DNA of 64,000 bases from Sphagnum compactum (GCA_965153455.1 OZ234493.1:7492213-7556212); one strand, 5' to 3'; shown: positions 1 to 14,689, numbered from the stretch's first letter. Numbers and translations are program-made. The notes: generated by a model from the sequence alone, not told the origin.

Positions 1-783
1 CACCATAGCAATACAAATCAATTTTAAATAGTTGAATGTAATGTTTACATTTAGGTTATACTTGGAGCTGTGGACATAATAAACATGTCACATTTACTTC
101 TAAACTATTGCAATTTCTGAATGCACAAAAAATGTGTATGTTATCATATGCCAATTTGGTTGTGATGTTTCTCCATGAATGATTGTTGCACTTCCACTCA
201 ATAATTGTTTGAATTTCAAATTCCAATTGGAGCTTCGGTGTGAACACAATAACATGAGCTTTTTGCAAGTGTAATCAATTGGTTGATTTTTCATGAACTT
301 TTCAAGTGATAACTTAAATTAATGTTGAAATCTTTTTATGTGTTTATATATTTCTAATGCATGAGGGAAACATTAATTTGATAAGTTTGAAATGAAGCCA
401 TGGGTTGTGAGGGTGCAGAAACTCCTCTAGCAGTTCAAAACTTTTGTGAGCTTGTTTGGTTTCTACTACTGTGATCAACAAGTGATGCGAGTAACAACTT
501 ACATGGAACTGACTGTTGGAGGGCTGTAAATCAGCAAAATTCGGAGTCTCTGAAGGTAGAAGAGTTTACCAGACTTCCTTCCATAAATTTGCAGTGCAAC
601 ATGATGTGGAAGTGTGTGGTCTGCAACCTCTGGACCTGCAAGACAATATTTCACCTTGCAAAAACCCTAGAAAACAAGAGTTTACTATTTGGGTTTGCCC
701 ACGACCATCTGTTGTTCCATGAATCTGCAGGCTAAAAGAGAACATGAAATCATAAATGGATTATTCCTTAGTCTGGAGAAAGC

Positions 784-3700
784 TCAAGCAAACTGCTCTG
801 CAAGAGCATGGACTTGATTATGTGTGAGCATACCTCCTTGCCTGACAGAGGGGGACCACCCCTGCTTGTTCAGATCAAGTTGTTGAAGGGGGTTAGACAA
901 GTCAGATGTGGGAGTACATGGGGAGGCTTTGCGAGAACAGCTAGGGGAGGCCAGATGAGAACTTGTGTCAAGAAGCCCACCACTGGAAGGCAAGTTGTCT
1001 TTATCAGAGTTGAAGCTTGAAGTGGTTGCTGGACTCTGATTCTCAGAATCAGGTGAGACCTCTGGCATGTGAGACCAAGCCTTCCCTGTGTTGAGTAGGA
1101 GCTGGTGGTGCAGATGGCGAAAGAGTGGATAAACCTACATGAAACTCCTCTGCTTGTCAATTTGGAGAATCACTGACTTACTGCTTGAGTTCATCTATCC
1201 TGCTCATTCAAGTCCCCTTCTGGCAGCCTGTTTGTCCCTACTATCTTCTTCCAAAAGACAAGACCTTAACAGTTTATGTCATGCAGGTGATTGACATTGT
1301 CGCCCCAGATGACCACAATACATGCATCCCAAATAGATTGCAAACAAACAAATATCAATCAATACATCAAGCTGCAGTTCACACATACTAATCTTCTTTG
1401 AGACAGAAGGGGTAGTAGTACCTTCTTGAGTTCATGAAAAGTGTGATCCTGCAGCTGCTGAGGCAGATTATCCTTGACCAACTGTAACGCTCTGTAATTG
1501 GGGCACACTATAGCATTTATGCTTCTCAAGTGTTGGAGATAATGAACTTCCTAAGCTCAAAGACAAGAATAATGGGTGGCTAGTATCTTCAAATCTTCAT
1601 CAGAATTATAACCTTTTGATATGAAGATTATGAGCACATACGTACCTGGGGTGTTGGCAGAGTAGAATATAGCTGCGGACGACATGAAACACGAGGCGTG
1701 GCGAGAAATCTTGTACCACAGCAAGTACAGCAACCTCGACAACAACACAGGCAAGGCACAAGAAGTCAGCTGATAGGTTTGGCCGTGGCAAGAGTTTGAG
1801 CAATTAGCATGTCCTGCACTCCCCACAATTTGTGTTTTGAAGTAAAAGGACCTCACCAGATGTGTAAGCATTATCAAGATATCCATAGCAAGGTTCGAAG
1901 TTGGATCACAGACGGCAGCAAGGGTTCTGCTGTCTCTTAGCATTGATTCAAGAATTGACATTGAGATCTGCAAAACCCATTTTCACTGTTCTTAATCTCA
2001 TCATAAAAGTTCATCTCTAAAGACATCTCATGCTGTTAGCTAACCAATCAAAACATTCTTGAGTTGTCTTTCCCTTATGTTTATATGCAATTGAGAGATG
2101 TCAATTCATCTATGTTCACATCATTTCTCTCCTTACTCTCTTTCATCTTCCTCTTACTTCTCAGTCTGGTCATTAACCAGCATATCTGGAACCCCTCATC
2201 TATTTGCCTGTAAAATTATGACTGCAAGCTTAAGAAACAATGAGCTCCAATTCTGACTCAGCCTGTGTTCCCACCACTTTTGACAGTCTGCTTCCCACTT
2301 CAATTGCATGAATACAAGCTGCAATGATATCACTTTCAAGGGCCCATTGTGTTATTTCTTCTTTGCAATCCTGCACAATTGTCACTTGCTGTCAGTTCAA
2401 ATAGCAGAGAACAAGAACATCCAAGAAACTTGCACCCAGAGCAGAAAATGACTTTGTACTTCATCACGGTTGATGGCAAGATCAATGTTCATGGGTTTTG
2501 CAAATGAGAACTGGACCTTGCACAGCAGGTCAATTATGGATAAGGATATTGCTCGAATATTCTCATATACCTCTCCCGTATATGTCGAAAGGATAAAAGG
2601 AAGGAGTAGGTTCGGCATGTATGCTGCAGAGGAAGTGGGAACCATGATCACTTGTTAAAGGAAAGGTGCAGCGATATCAGAAGGCTTTATAGATTGACTT
2701 CTGCTTAAGTCAAAAGTAAAATGAACTACTGCTGAAGCTCCAGATATGGAATTTCTGAGTGTGGACACAGGATGATTCCCATGCAACTCAATACAAAGTT
2801 ATTTGTCTTGATTCATCTGAATCACAGCAATTGCTGCATATGCCTCTAAGGTTGATATAAATGTTATGGTTGTTTAATTTACACCACAACAGGCCTTCAG
2901 CAACCAAGTTACCAAGGTCTGTATGTCCAGTAACATGCTTGAGGATGTTTTAGAGGAATCCATGTGCATGTTGTCCATGAAGGAGAAAATTAGATTACAT
3001 GCTACCTTTGACATAGGGAATACGTGTCTCCTCATTTGCAGCAATGGCCTGCATTATTGCATGCCCAAACACAGTTATTCCATGACTAGTGCACTGCTGC
3101 CAATGTCTTGGAACTAAATGAGGACTTTTACTTCAACTTGTCTGTACATAAAAGCAATACAAGCTGATCCTTTTCCTAGTGTTTTGCTATGAATTAGAAT
3201 TAAAAGCAGTACAAAATCCTTCCAAATTTACCTGAAAAAGTGTCAACACATTGGCAAGGCGCTTAGATCCTCTTACATTTAGATCACCAGCATAGAGCCT
3301 TGCATAAGTTGAGATTATCTCCTGCAACAGGGCAGGAAGTATAATCACTAAAGCATTTGATTGCACAATGCAGCAATTGCAGATGTACTAATCATAAACT
3401 GGATTAGTATGTGCTGTGCAAGGGGGTGAGTGCAATCATTCATTCAAGCGAACCAGAAAACTCCACTGAGAAGGACAAATCTTGCTAGTCAAGATGCACA
3501 TCAACTCTGGATGTCCTAACTGTTGAAATTAAGTCTGATTCATTTCCCTATGGATGGACTCCCACAAACTGGTTTGATATTGCTACAGCAGCAGGACAAA
3601 GGTGGTGTACACCAAGATCACAATTTCACATCCAGAGTTGTGAGTGCAGAGGAATGTCATGCTGGAACAACCACCAAGCCACCATAATATGATCACTGTA

Positions 3701-5416
3701 GCAAGTGCATGATAATTTAAAACATCTGATGGGACTATTGTGCTGAGTAGGATGCTCAATTTGTGATGCTTGATTTCCAAACAAACGATTATGTATAGAG
3801 GAATGCCCTGAGTGGAGCACATTCTTTAATTTGAAGCCCTAACACTGAGGGCTGTAGCCCAAAGCCCAGGGTTGAAAATTATAGAATGCCTGACACAGAG
3901 GGCATTCCTCTGCATAAACAAATGGGTACATCTTTGCATTTTCATCCTCATTTTATGGGAAAGAGTGCATTACACTCCAGTGAAATGCGCCATCCCTGTA
4001 AGGGGATGCAATATTCTTTATAACGTGCGGATATTAACACAGGGAAATCAGACCCGGTGCTTTACTATCAAGTTAATGGCACACAGTACCTGAAGCAAGA
4101 CTGCAAGAGTTCCACAAGAATAGTACAGGGCAATCGCAGCATTTCGGTAGTAGGCAATATCTTGTTCTCTTCTCTGCAACCAAATTCTCAACAAATGTTT
4201 AGCACATGAATGCAGCCCACAGAATCAATGCATTTAGGAACGACTGCAATCAAGGGAATCTGTTCAGAACAAATGTACGAAAGACGTGGATTACGACAAG
4301 AGTAAGAGACTGGTGAGATTGACTGATGAGAATTGCTGAACTGAAATTCTATCAAGCGACAAATTGTCCTAGAAGAAGGGAGAGAGTGCAGCTTGTGAGA
4401 CCTCAATCAGGTGTCCGCTCAGGCATCGTAAAGCGTTTTCACGCAGATCGCAGTCTTGCAGCTCCAGAATGACCTCGGATATGGCCATCGGCTTCTTCAT
4501 CCATTGACTCTTGTGCCTCCGCCCCCCTCTTTTCTTGTTGAGCTTCAGCTGTCCGTTATCTGCGCGACAAGATGAAAGCAAATCGCCACTAGATCACCAA
4601 TCGCAGATAGACGCGTATCTGCGCGCTTAACGCATGTAGTGCCGTGAAACATCCAGGAATTGTTTTCACAGATTGAGATCCAGGCAGACACGTCCACGTT
4701 CAACGTATCAATGGAGGCAAGCGATCACGCTCCACGAGCAAGCCGAGTCAGGGAACTCGTCGACGATGAAGTTCAATCCAAAGCTTGCACATAAATCAAT
4801 GTAATAAGTGCGCCACGGCTGTCAAAATGCTCATCTGGAGATTATTTCAACGATGCAGGCCCAGACTGAACTTATTCGAACAGTTCCGCAGCAGTACTAC
4901 TTGACAGATTCAGAGTAAATGATTTTTGTCTACACTTTTTCTTAGAGATATGCGAGTTTCTTCCACACAACCGTAAGGGCTTAGGCACGGAATAGAGAGC
5001 AGACAAGAAAATATCCCAGAGAATTGCGTCCCAGCAGCAACCAAAATTCTTTTCAAAGAATCGAAGCGTCTGTAACACGGATATTGCGAAAAACGTCATG
5101 ACGAGAAATCTAATCCCACGGAGACAAATACACGAAAAATCAGTTAATTACCAACATAATCGTCACGGACACGAAATTTTGCTCACCAAGTTTCGCTCAT
5201 CTGATTTATTATCTAGTCCAGGAAAGAAAGAAAGAAAGAAAGAAAGAACCGTGCCTGAAGTAATAATAACATCAAAGATTTAGACAGTAAACTAGTACCG
5301 GCATATTCCGATGTGACGAGTAAATTCGCTTTCTCCTCTTGCGCAACGTTGTCACACGCAGTAGTAGTAGTAGCAGCAGCAGCAGCACACACAGGATCGT
5401 CCGCAACCTCCGCCAT
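784..5416 (-). CDS. CNOT9: Divergent cell-differentiation protein RCD1/CNOT9 (CCR4-NOT subunit 9)-like protein, 11 coding exons, ~438 aa
   Basis: Phase-consistent GT-AG exons: 5416-5299, 4559-4402, 4173-4090, 3321-3232, 3048-3006, 2623-2517, 2370-2275, 1967-1857, 1734-1646, 1491-1422, 1134-784. The spliced protein follows the Rcd1 pattern: RENALRCLS, YYSCGTLAVLLQEIISTY, RLANVLTLFQAIAANEETR, YENIRAISLSII, EVGSRLSK, SPRLVFHVVRSYILL, LPQQLQDHTF, HQLLLN. The first exon and the end of the last exon are less certain; splicing into an exon near 724 is possible. Confidence 0.85.
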
Positions 5417-5879
5417 GACTACAAAACGCACTTTCTTCTTACATTCTCGAACGATGCACACCCCAAGTTGTTTGCGCGCAACAATGCGCTTGTGTGTTTT
5501 CTTTTCTGTTTCAGTCTCTCAGTGTTTTATGTGCCATGCAGCGCAAACTGATTTAATCTTTTTTTTTTTTTTTTTTTTTTTTTCTCAGCAAACGGATTTT
5601 CTATTTCCTATTTGATAAACTTTTCCACAAAAATATTTGTTGTTATTATATTGTGCTACTTGTAGTAATGATTAATGGTTGGTACATCCCTTTACCAGAC
5701 AGGGTTCCAAAACTTACAATGCATGCTTCTTATTATGTAGGCCGATTGCGGTTAGATTTTGAAGGATTCTTCACTTATGTTTCATGCGAATGTCATGACG
5801 ATCTATTTATTGGAAAATGCTTTTGTGCTCTAGTAATTCATCAAGACATCCCAAGTTGTTTCACAACAATTGCTTGGCC

Positions 5880-8800
5880 TTGAACCACCTATGTTCCACC
5901 TTGCAAAACACCCCATGTAAGCTTGTATTGCATGCTCAATTGTGAGAATCTCTGCAATCACACACAGAGGCACAACATAAAAAAGGATACCCGTCTTCCA
6001 AAGCTTCAGCCATTTACACTGCTTTGTCTTCAATATTTCCCAGCTATGAACCGCATGTGGTCATCAAATTGTCGATTTAAACTTTCTTTCACTTTCTCCA
6101 TCTTCTCTACATGTACATCTATGGACTTCGTGATATACAAGTAGTGTAAGGCATGGCCCTTCAATGTTGCATGCCATTGGTTCCTACTTGGAACCAATGG
6201 AACTCCTTCGTTGTTCACATTGATCAACATTTTCCCCCTACCTCCTCCTATGGTTGAGTCCATCTTCTGCTTTTTGGCAGCAGCCCTACTTTGTCGGCGG
6301 ACTGCATTAACATGCAAATGCCTCATATCCTCCACTAAACTAGAAACATTTATTTTTTATGGCTCTCCAGAAGCATAAGTAATCAGTTCTCAGCATTCTG
6401 CAGACCCTGGCAATGTTGAATGTTCCTGTGGAGGTAAGTTGTGAATTAATGTCTAGTACAGACCTCCCTCTGAACAGTAATCTTCACGATCTCATATTCC
6501 AAGTTAGTATGTGCTTGTTGCAGAAGGTCTTGGTCTATAGTGTCGTGAATGGTGTTTTGTGGCATTTGGGTATATGCCATAACTATAATTAGTCTTTGTG
6601 TGTATGCACCTCCCATAGGTTGGCTATTCCCCAAGCTATTTGGAGGTCGATGTTGGTTCAAAAGGGGTCACATTGTAGCAAGTGGTAGTTGGTTAGGTAC
6701 TAAGTGTTGCATTCCAACCAACCCAGGACCTCTCTAGCATGCATGTTTCCCCACCCCCTATACATGGCATGGTTAACATCGATTGTTGCAAACAAAGTAA
6801 AGCTTTCCCACGAAATAAAAAAAATATTGATGAGCCTTATCTCTGCTCATGGAAAGGACTATGCCACCAACTTGGATGTGCCCGCATGTTGCTTTCGTGG
6901 AACTTCCATAGGGTCTTCTTCACTATCGCTTGTCCCCTCATCTAAAGGGGGACAAAAATCCTCATTTGGGTTTTCATCAAAATCATCTTCAAAATCCTCT
7001 TCAATGTTGTATCCAAGGTTATCATCCTTAGCCATGTTTGGCACCTCAACTGCAGCTATTCGGCTACTACATTGAGCAAGTCCTACAGTAACAACATTGC
7101 CAACAATAACAAGCTTGGCTACAACTTTTGTTGTTGTGACGTGCTCTTTGAGCCTACAAAAAAAATCACTTCCAGATTGCACAAGTCATGGAACACATGG
7201 CTATGACAACGAAAAGGTTGTGACACAAAATGCTAAAATAACCACAGGGTTGTGGCCGAAAACAAAAGGAGATCGTGTGTGCAATATTCTCGAGTTGGCA
7301 AAATTGAAACCCAAAAACAACATTGAACGGGAAAGCTTACCATTGCGTAGACTACAATATGGAGTGTCAACGCTTCTGGTTTTGGACGATCATTCTTCGC
7401 CTCAACTCCTCGTACGTGTTGATGTTAGTCTCTTCTTGTGTTTGGTTGCTTGAAATCAAGCTCATAACCATTGGTATGAGAATCCCAACAACAACCTTAT
7501 TCCCATACCCAAGTCCTAATGATGTAGTGTGCAAAAGAATGGGTGCAGAATGAAGACAACACAATGCAAAATAATAATGCAGAGCAACAAGCGCAACACA
7601 AAGTAATGGGCATGCTCGAATTTCAAACTGAAGGATCTATGGCCCTGGTGCTACATAACGGGATTGATTGATTTGTAAGATCATGTGGTTGTCCAGTGTT
7701 CCCTTGGTGCTTGAGTGTGGGCTTTGCCTGATGATGTGGTTAGTTTGAACATTTTTCAAGGCGATTTGCCTAAATATTTGATTAGGTTGAAAAACATTTT
7801 GTGAAAAATCTCAAATGGGGCCTTAATTCCAACCCCACCTAGGAAAACCCAAGTTATTGTCCTTCAAGGGGAAGTAGTTTAGGTATCCTCCATGCGCATC
7901 ACTAATGGAGTTTGTGAATATATACACACGTTGCCCATCTGCATCAAGCTGATGGAGAAACAAAGGTTAGGGTTACCGACAAAGATTAGGGTTATTTTAA
8001 CTTTTTGTGGAGGCCTTATAGGAACAACTCTTTCAAAGACGTTTGATACAGGTCATTGTGGTGAACCTATCTTAAAGATTGTTGAGATTATATGCTTTAA
8101 ATGACCATTATGTATATAATCGAACAAGCATGTTCTAAGGTGCCTAACAATGAGCAACCTAGCACACGTGCTAGCCATTGCATGGAGGGGTTTTCTTGAC
8201 AACATCCATTGGACAATGGTTGTTAGAAGCATGTTCAAGAGTTTTTTGTTGTAGTTTTGGAGTGAAATGTAAGAAGCGACCAACCTTTAAACCTGCAAGT
8301 GCTAAACTTGCATTCCAAGTTGCCCACTTCGTTAAGTCGCAATTTTGGTTAATGTTTTCTATGGTTCTTATTTGTTGGGTATAGTTATTTTGCGTCCACA
8401 TTTCATTTTAGTAAGGGTTACATATCGTATATGCAACTTCTGTAGTTCGAAATTTGATTTGTGATTTGGTTTATCTGTTCCCATCATTACAGGTCAAATG
8501 GAAAACCAAAATGGTCACATAAAAAGGGAACACAATGTAGGGGAGTTGAACACCTCATTGCCAACCTATACTCCAGCATCTGTTGTTTCCAAACATCCCA
8601 AATTAAAATCGATCCATGTTCTCCTATTAGCATTTATAAATACGTTCAGTCATTGATGTGTTAGATAAGTTCAAAAACCATATGCAATTTAAGGTGGTGG
8701 TGGTGGTTTAAAGGTCATTTGTCCATGGGTTGGGTGGTAGATGTTTAAGTTTGTTCATTTTAATTGTTTGTTTGTTTCTTCAATCAAGAAATTGGGTTTA

Positions 8801-10200
8801 ATTTTTAAGGCCTCAAACCTTGTAATAAGTGGATGGTTTGATTTGAATGCTAACCAACAACCTATTGGGCAATGCACTCAACAACCAACATATAGAGATT
8901 TGGCTTGTAATAGGGCACACAGTTAGAACCAACACACTTGGTAATAATTGGTTATGTGGTTCCAATGTGGAATTGAAGATGTGTTGGAGGATGTGAATTA
9001 TCATAATCACCCATGCTACGAATGTTGTTGTTATAAATGCATGTTTTTGAGGTGGGTGTATTCTCCTCAGTGTATCTGTTTATTGGATTTGAGGAGCAAT
9101 TGGGGGTCAGTGCGTAAAAAATGGTTGTCTTGTAATTGTTGGAAGTACTATCCTTATTACCTAGTTTACCCCTAATGTTGCATGAAGCCATGTCTTGAAG
9201 ACAAACATACTGATTCACCAGCCACCTAAACACCCACAATTCACTACCACCTAAACACCCATTCTTCATTACAAGCATGTATTTTTCATATATCATAATG
9301 TAAAGCTAGGTGATGGCATTTTTGTGTTCCCAAATATTGTGTCCAAATATCAAGGGTTCATATTTTTGTAAAACCATCAAGGAAGGCAAATGTGGTCTTC
9401 ATGCCATTAAACAAATTTTCAATTTAGGAAACTAAGTTTGTTGCATCAAAGTGGTTTCTGTTTTTAATAATGCCTATATGCTTTTATTGGTTTAAGGTCC
9501 CACTTGTCCTTTCCTATGATCTATGCATAGTTACAATTCTACACTTTTGTTGCCATGTGGGGTTATAACTTCAACATGTTGTGGAGATATTTGTACATGC
9601 CCATACATACATGTTACAGTGGTTGTTCTAAATGTTATGCATCAAACCAATCAACAATCTTGAACTTTAAATGTTATTTTCCAAGGTGTGAATGGGCCCA
9701 CCCACCACACTACATGTAAATGTACCTGCTATTTTATTTGATGCTATATCTTTTGGATGTTACTAAGCATCTAGACTATGTTAACCCCTTTGCTACTTGA
9801 AATGTAATTAGGCCTACATGTTTTTTAATAATATATTTGCAGCCATGTGTGTGAACTCATTGTGTAGTTACCATCCATGCACCATTGTCACCAATTGATG
9901 AACTATAATAGTATGTTATAATGTAATTTCTACAAGATCAATTTTATACCTTGTTTTGACTTTAACAAATATATATGGATATTTTGGCAACATGTAAATA
10001 TTTCCCATTTGAAAGACATTCTAGTTGCGTTGGAGAAGGCTAATGTGAAGTCCATGGGTACATTTGCCAGGCATGCCTTTAAGCTTGTAAGGTATTCAAT
10101 TGTTTTGTGCATAATACATGTTGCCCTCTTTCTTTGTGTCATTGATGTTGTTGTAATGTCTCTATGTTGGGGATGGTTCATTCTTTATGTGTTCCCTAGG
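5880..10200 (-). pseudogene. Decayed minus-strand coding remnants, probably transposon-derived accessory ORF(s)
   Basis: Protein-like stretches (6030-6335, 6859-7182, and ~8480-8640 WKQQMLEYRLAMRCSTPLHCVPFLCDHFGFPFDL) are broken by many TGA/TAA/TAG stops and frameshifts. They lie divergent from the CACTA transposase. Family not recognised. Confidence 0.35.
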
Positions 10201-10997
10201 ACTCAACCACCTATACCCAATATTTCCAATGTTTTGAAATCATTGGGTGATGCATTTTTATGTCTTCCTATCCCATTTTTCGATGTTTTATTGTTGTCTG
10301 CTTCGTGTGGATGTTTGAAATAGGCCTTACTACATGTAATGATTGTGTACTCCTAATTATACCATATGAGTTGTTTACCCATGTTCTCACCCTGAATCAA
10401 ATTATACAGTTGCAATGTTTTCTTGTACATGTGGTTCATGTTGTGTTCTAGATTAAATGGTCAGTACCAGAGAACATGCATGGGGAATAATTTGGAGCAT
10501 TAGGAGGGAGGGTGTGTAATGCACTCTATTGTGTTAGAATTAGAGCTATAAAAGGTGCAAAAAGTCCTATCACCATGGGAAGATGTAGACCTTTGTTATT
10601 TACAGGTTGTGCCATGGGACGCATGTTGTGCAAAATGGTGCTTCTATGTAGTCCTACCACAACCTTGGCACCTATAACAATGTCAAGATTTTACTAACCA
10701 AGTGAAATAAACTCCTTACTTTTGTCCAAACAAATGCAAACCTAGATGGTCCCTTGCATTTATTGGTATGGACAGCACCATGTTCCGACCATGCATAACG
10801 CTTCAAAAGTTTATTGGGTGCATCTGTGATACTCTTCGGAGTTCACTGACGAAGGATTGTTGTAGGTATCAAACAAGCTCGCTAGGTCATCAAAGACTTG
10901 GGATGCACTATTGCCAAATATTTAATTTCTTTTGACTATGCCACCACAAGGCCTGAGGAATCTTAATAGGGTGCATTCATTTCGAGTAAATGGGCCC

Positions 10998-13900
10998 ATG
11001 AACCAAGCAGCTCATGAATGTGCCAGAAATGAAAAGCTTTGGTGAAGAAAGGAAGCATACGCCATCGAGAATAAGCTTGCCAGGATGGTCTGCAACTGCA
11101 ACTCATGCCATGGTGGGAAGTCATATTTTCGAAAGGTGGTTCATCAACACCTTGTTGAATATTGTCGTGATCAAACACTACTTGCCATGTTTACATCCTA
11201 TGCACATATACCCCGTACCTGGTGGTGCACCTTGTACCCTAATGTAGATTGAACCTTTTTGTTCTACCAGATCATGGCACAAATATGTGCAATGGCCCCA
11301 ATTTAACTTGAAGCTTGGTGTCGGCAATGGGCCCAGTTTTGTGGGAATCTTGCCAATAACCTAATATAGACCTAGTTCTCGTGTGTTATGGTCACAAAAC
11401 AATCAACCATAACAAAGTGGGCTCTTGTAGGATGCACCATCAGATTCCTCTAAAGATGACCGAGTTGATGGGGGTGAGCCTATGTGTGTCCCACTTGACA
11501 TTCTAGTAGTCCCTACTATTGCATCAGAGGAACTCAATGATGATGTCGAATTGGGGATTCAAATGGCAACAACTTTCAATCATACATGGCAAGACATATT
11601 ATGAAGTTAGGATTGAGTATGTATGGGAAATTGGAGACAAAGGTAGGGAAAACCTCTTCACTATTGCAATTGATATGGACCTTAACACCAACCTAGGAGG
11701 GGGTGATGCATATATGGGGGCAGCAGGGCATACATGAATGGATGACCCTCACTACTTGAAACTAATAGCAGAATCCAAGGTGCCCTTATATGATGGGAGT
11801 GAGCTTAGTAGATTGACATGAACTTTGATGTTGTTAAACACATGTGCAACCCATTGGGTCATTAATGCGTTTGTGGATGGATTGCTTTCTATGTTGTGCA
11901 ACTACATTCTACCAAAACCCAACAAACTACCTAGGTCCCATTATGAGGCCAAAAGATTAGTTCAAAATCTTGGCCTAGGGTATTCAACAATTCATGCATG
12001 TGAAAATGGATGTGTGTTGTTTCGCAACCAACACAGTGAAGCAAGTGCGTGCTCGATCTATGGTGAACCTCGGTATGTGGTCGGGCATAGTAAGGTGCCC
12101 AAAAAATGTGTTGAAGCACTTCCCTTTGACCTTAGATTAATGAAGATGTTTAGGACTCCCAACCTTTCTGAGTCAATGAAGTGGCACCAAGACAACAAAA
12201 GTCGTGATGGACTCGACCAACATGTCGTTGATTCCAAAGCATGGGCCCACATTGATACAATGTGGCTAAAATTTGCAGTAGACCCTCACAATTTGAGGCA
12301 CGGTTTGGCTTTGGATGGGGTCAACCCATTTGGGAACCAATCAACAACTTGGTCCACATGGCCAGTTATGATATTGAATTACAACTTGCCGCCATGGTTC
12401 ACCACGAAGAAATTCTTCCTTATGTTTGCTTTGTTGATCCCGGGAGAAGAGTCAATGAAAAACAACAACATCAATACATACCTGGTTCCATTGGTTGAGG
12501 AGTTGTTGGAGTTCTAGAATGGAATAGATGCTTGGGATGTGACATACCCAGAAGGACATCAAAGGTTTAGATTACATGGAATCTTGATGTGGTCAATCCA
12601 TGATTTGTGGCCTATGGATTGCTTTTAGGCCAACATACCAAAGGATACAAAGGGTGTCATGCTTGTGGCCCTGATACATCTACTCGTCATTCAAAGGTAC
12701 TAGGGAAGACCATTTATTGATGTCACAAAAGGTGGCTAAGATCAAATCATCGAATGAGGTATAATACTTCTAATTTGATGGCAAAGTGGAAAGATGAGCA
12801 GCCCCATCAATTATGGCAGGGCATCAAATGTTGTGGTATGCAAAATTGTATGAGAACTAGAAGTTATCTAATCAAAGAAAGGACAACAATCCATGTTCAA
12901 GGACAGGTGTGAAACAATTGTCTATTTTATAGACCTTCCAATAAGGAAGGCAATGTTGTAGGACCATAAAATTCGGCACACATTTGATGTGATGCACTGT
13001 GAGAAGAACTTAACAATCAATGTACTCAAGACCATATTGGGCGAAAAGGACACTCAAAAAGTGCGGCAAGATCTCCAAACTTTAAGAATCTGTCCATCTT
13101 GTTGGCTAAGACCTCACCCCATTGAGGAGTACAAATATTGTGCTTCGAAGAGTCCTATGGGTGATGCCCAAAGAAGAGCGGCCTCTTTTCTTGGATACAT
13201 TGCCAAATTTGAAGTTGCCAACAAGTTTTGCATCAAGTTTCAAAAAACATGTTGTGAAAGGTAAGTTGGGGGCTATGAAGTCTCATGACTACCATGTCTT
13301 GTTTCAATTGATTTTCTTGCTCTGTATGTGACACATAATGACAAAAGAACCTTGAACGGCCATTATGTGCAAGGTTTTCAAGGTTATATGTAACAAGGTT
13401 TATGACCCTTCAAAATACCAAGATTTGAGGAGTTCATATATATATTCACTATGTTTTCTTAAAAAGGTTTTCCCCCCTAGTTTTCTTTTTAATGACACAC
13501 CTAGTTGTCCATCTAGTTGATGAACTTGACTTGTGTGGACATGTGCACATTCATTGGATGTACCCGATCCAACATGCAATGAAAGATTTGAAAGGGTATG
13601 TTCGAAACATGTTTAAGCCAAAAGGCAATATGGGCAAAGGGCTACATCATTGATGAGGCACTTGGGTTATGCATGGAATACATGCAAGGGTTTCAGGCAA
13701 CTAGACAGCATGATTAGGATCCTATTGAAGAAGAGGGGGTGGTTGGGGAGGTCTTGGAGGGTGCGCCCAGACCACAAACACTATCAATCCAATTATGTGA
13801 TGCGACACATACATATGTGTGTGAAAATCACCCTATTCTAAACCATTGCAAGAGTAAGTCCTAACATCTTGATCTAATTAGTCTAGGGGTGACTTATGAT

Positions 13901-14340
13901 TATCTTGTTATGGTATGGTTAAGCAATAGTTGTTTGTACGCCTCTTTCTTGGCGCTTCATGTGCACAAGCCTTTGGGTTGCAAGTTTAGATTAAAGTTGT
14001 CTTGCATTTAGTATAACCTACTTTGGGTTTATTACAATGATTTTGTTTTGTATTTTATTGTAGAAAGTATTTGTTTGAAAAGGCTACTATGAATGGCGGG
14101 CACACTAACAGATTTCCTAATTTACCATAGTGGTTGCTTAATGTTATGGTTATGTATAGGTGAGTGTCTGGCACCGGTGATCAAAAATCAAACTATGAGT
14201 TACATGACCTCTCTGTCCCACCTACATTTATGGCCAAGTCCTACCAATAGATTGCAACATGTGGGAATCATTTTAGGGTTGTTACATGGCTTGGAACAAG
14301 TAATATGGTTACATATGACTTAGGGGTGATAAGGGAATTT
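10998..14340 (+). mobile_element. CACTA/En-Spm TnpD (Tnp2) transposase pseudogene
   Basis: Domains appear in canonical order. Transposase-associated domain: CNCNSC..RKVVHQHL, ~11090-11160. Transposase_21: IHACENGCVLF, LALDGVNPFG, STWPVMILNYNLPPW, LLIPG, YLVPLVEEL, ORF 11825-12517. Then DVMHCEKN and KSHDYHVL, a DUF4218-like part (THLVVHLVDELDLCG..WMYPI, ~13490-13620) and a final GNHFRV..TYDLGV (~14260-14330). Multiple stops and frameshifts. Confidence 0.92.
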
Positions 14341-14689
14341 TGCATCAAGGGGAAACCCTACCCCAACATTTGAATGGATTTCTTGTGTTGGTCATATTTG
14401 CGATTACATTACAACTAATTTGTGACTATTTTCGTGTTCATCCTTCCATGTGAACAACATTTAGTTTGATTTTCATCCAAGAAGAACAATTTATGTCCCA
14501 TTAGTTACAAATGTGACCAATTTAATTACAACCTTATGAGTATACAAATGTGTATTTTGTGAATTCTAAGGAATATAGTTAGGTGTATTAGGATTTATAA
14601 ATGTATATTTTGAATGTATATGAATAACCATATTACATGTGTATGCAAGTATTATTATTAGCATAAATGACCTCAAGATTATGGTTACA

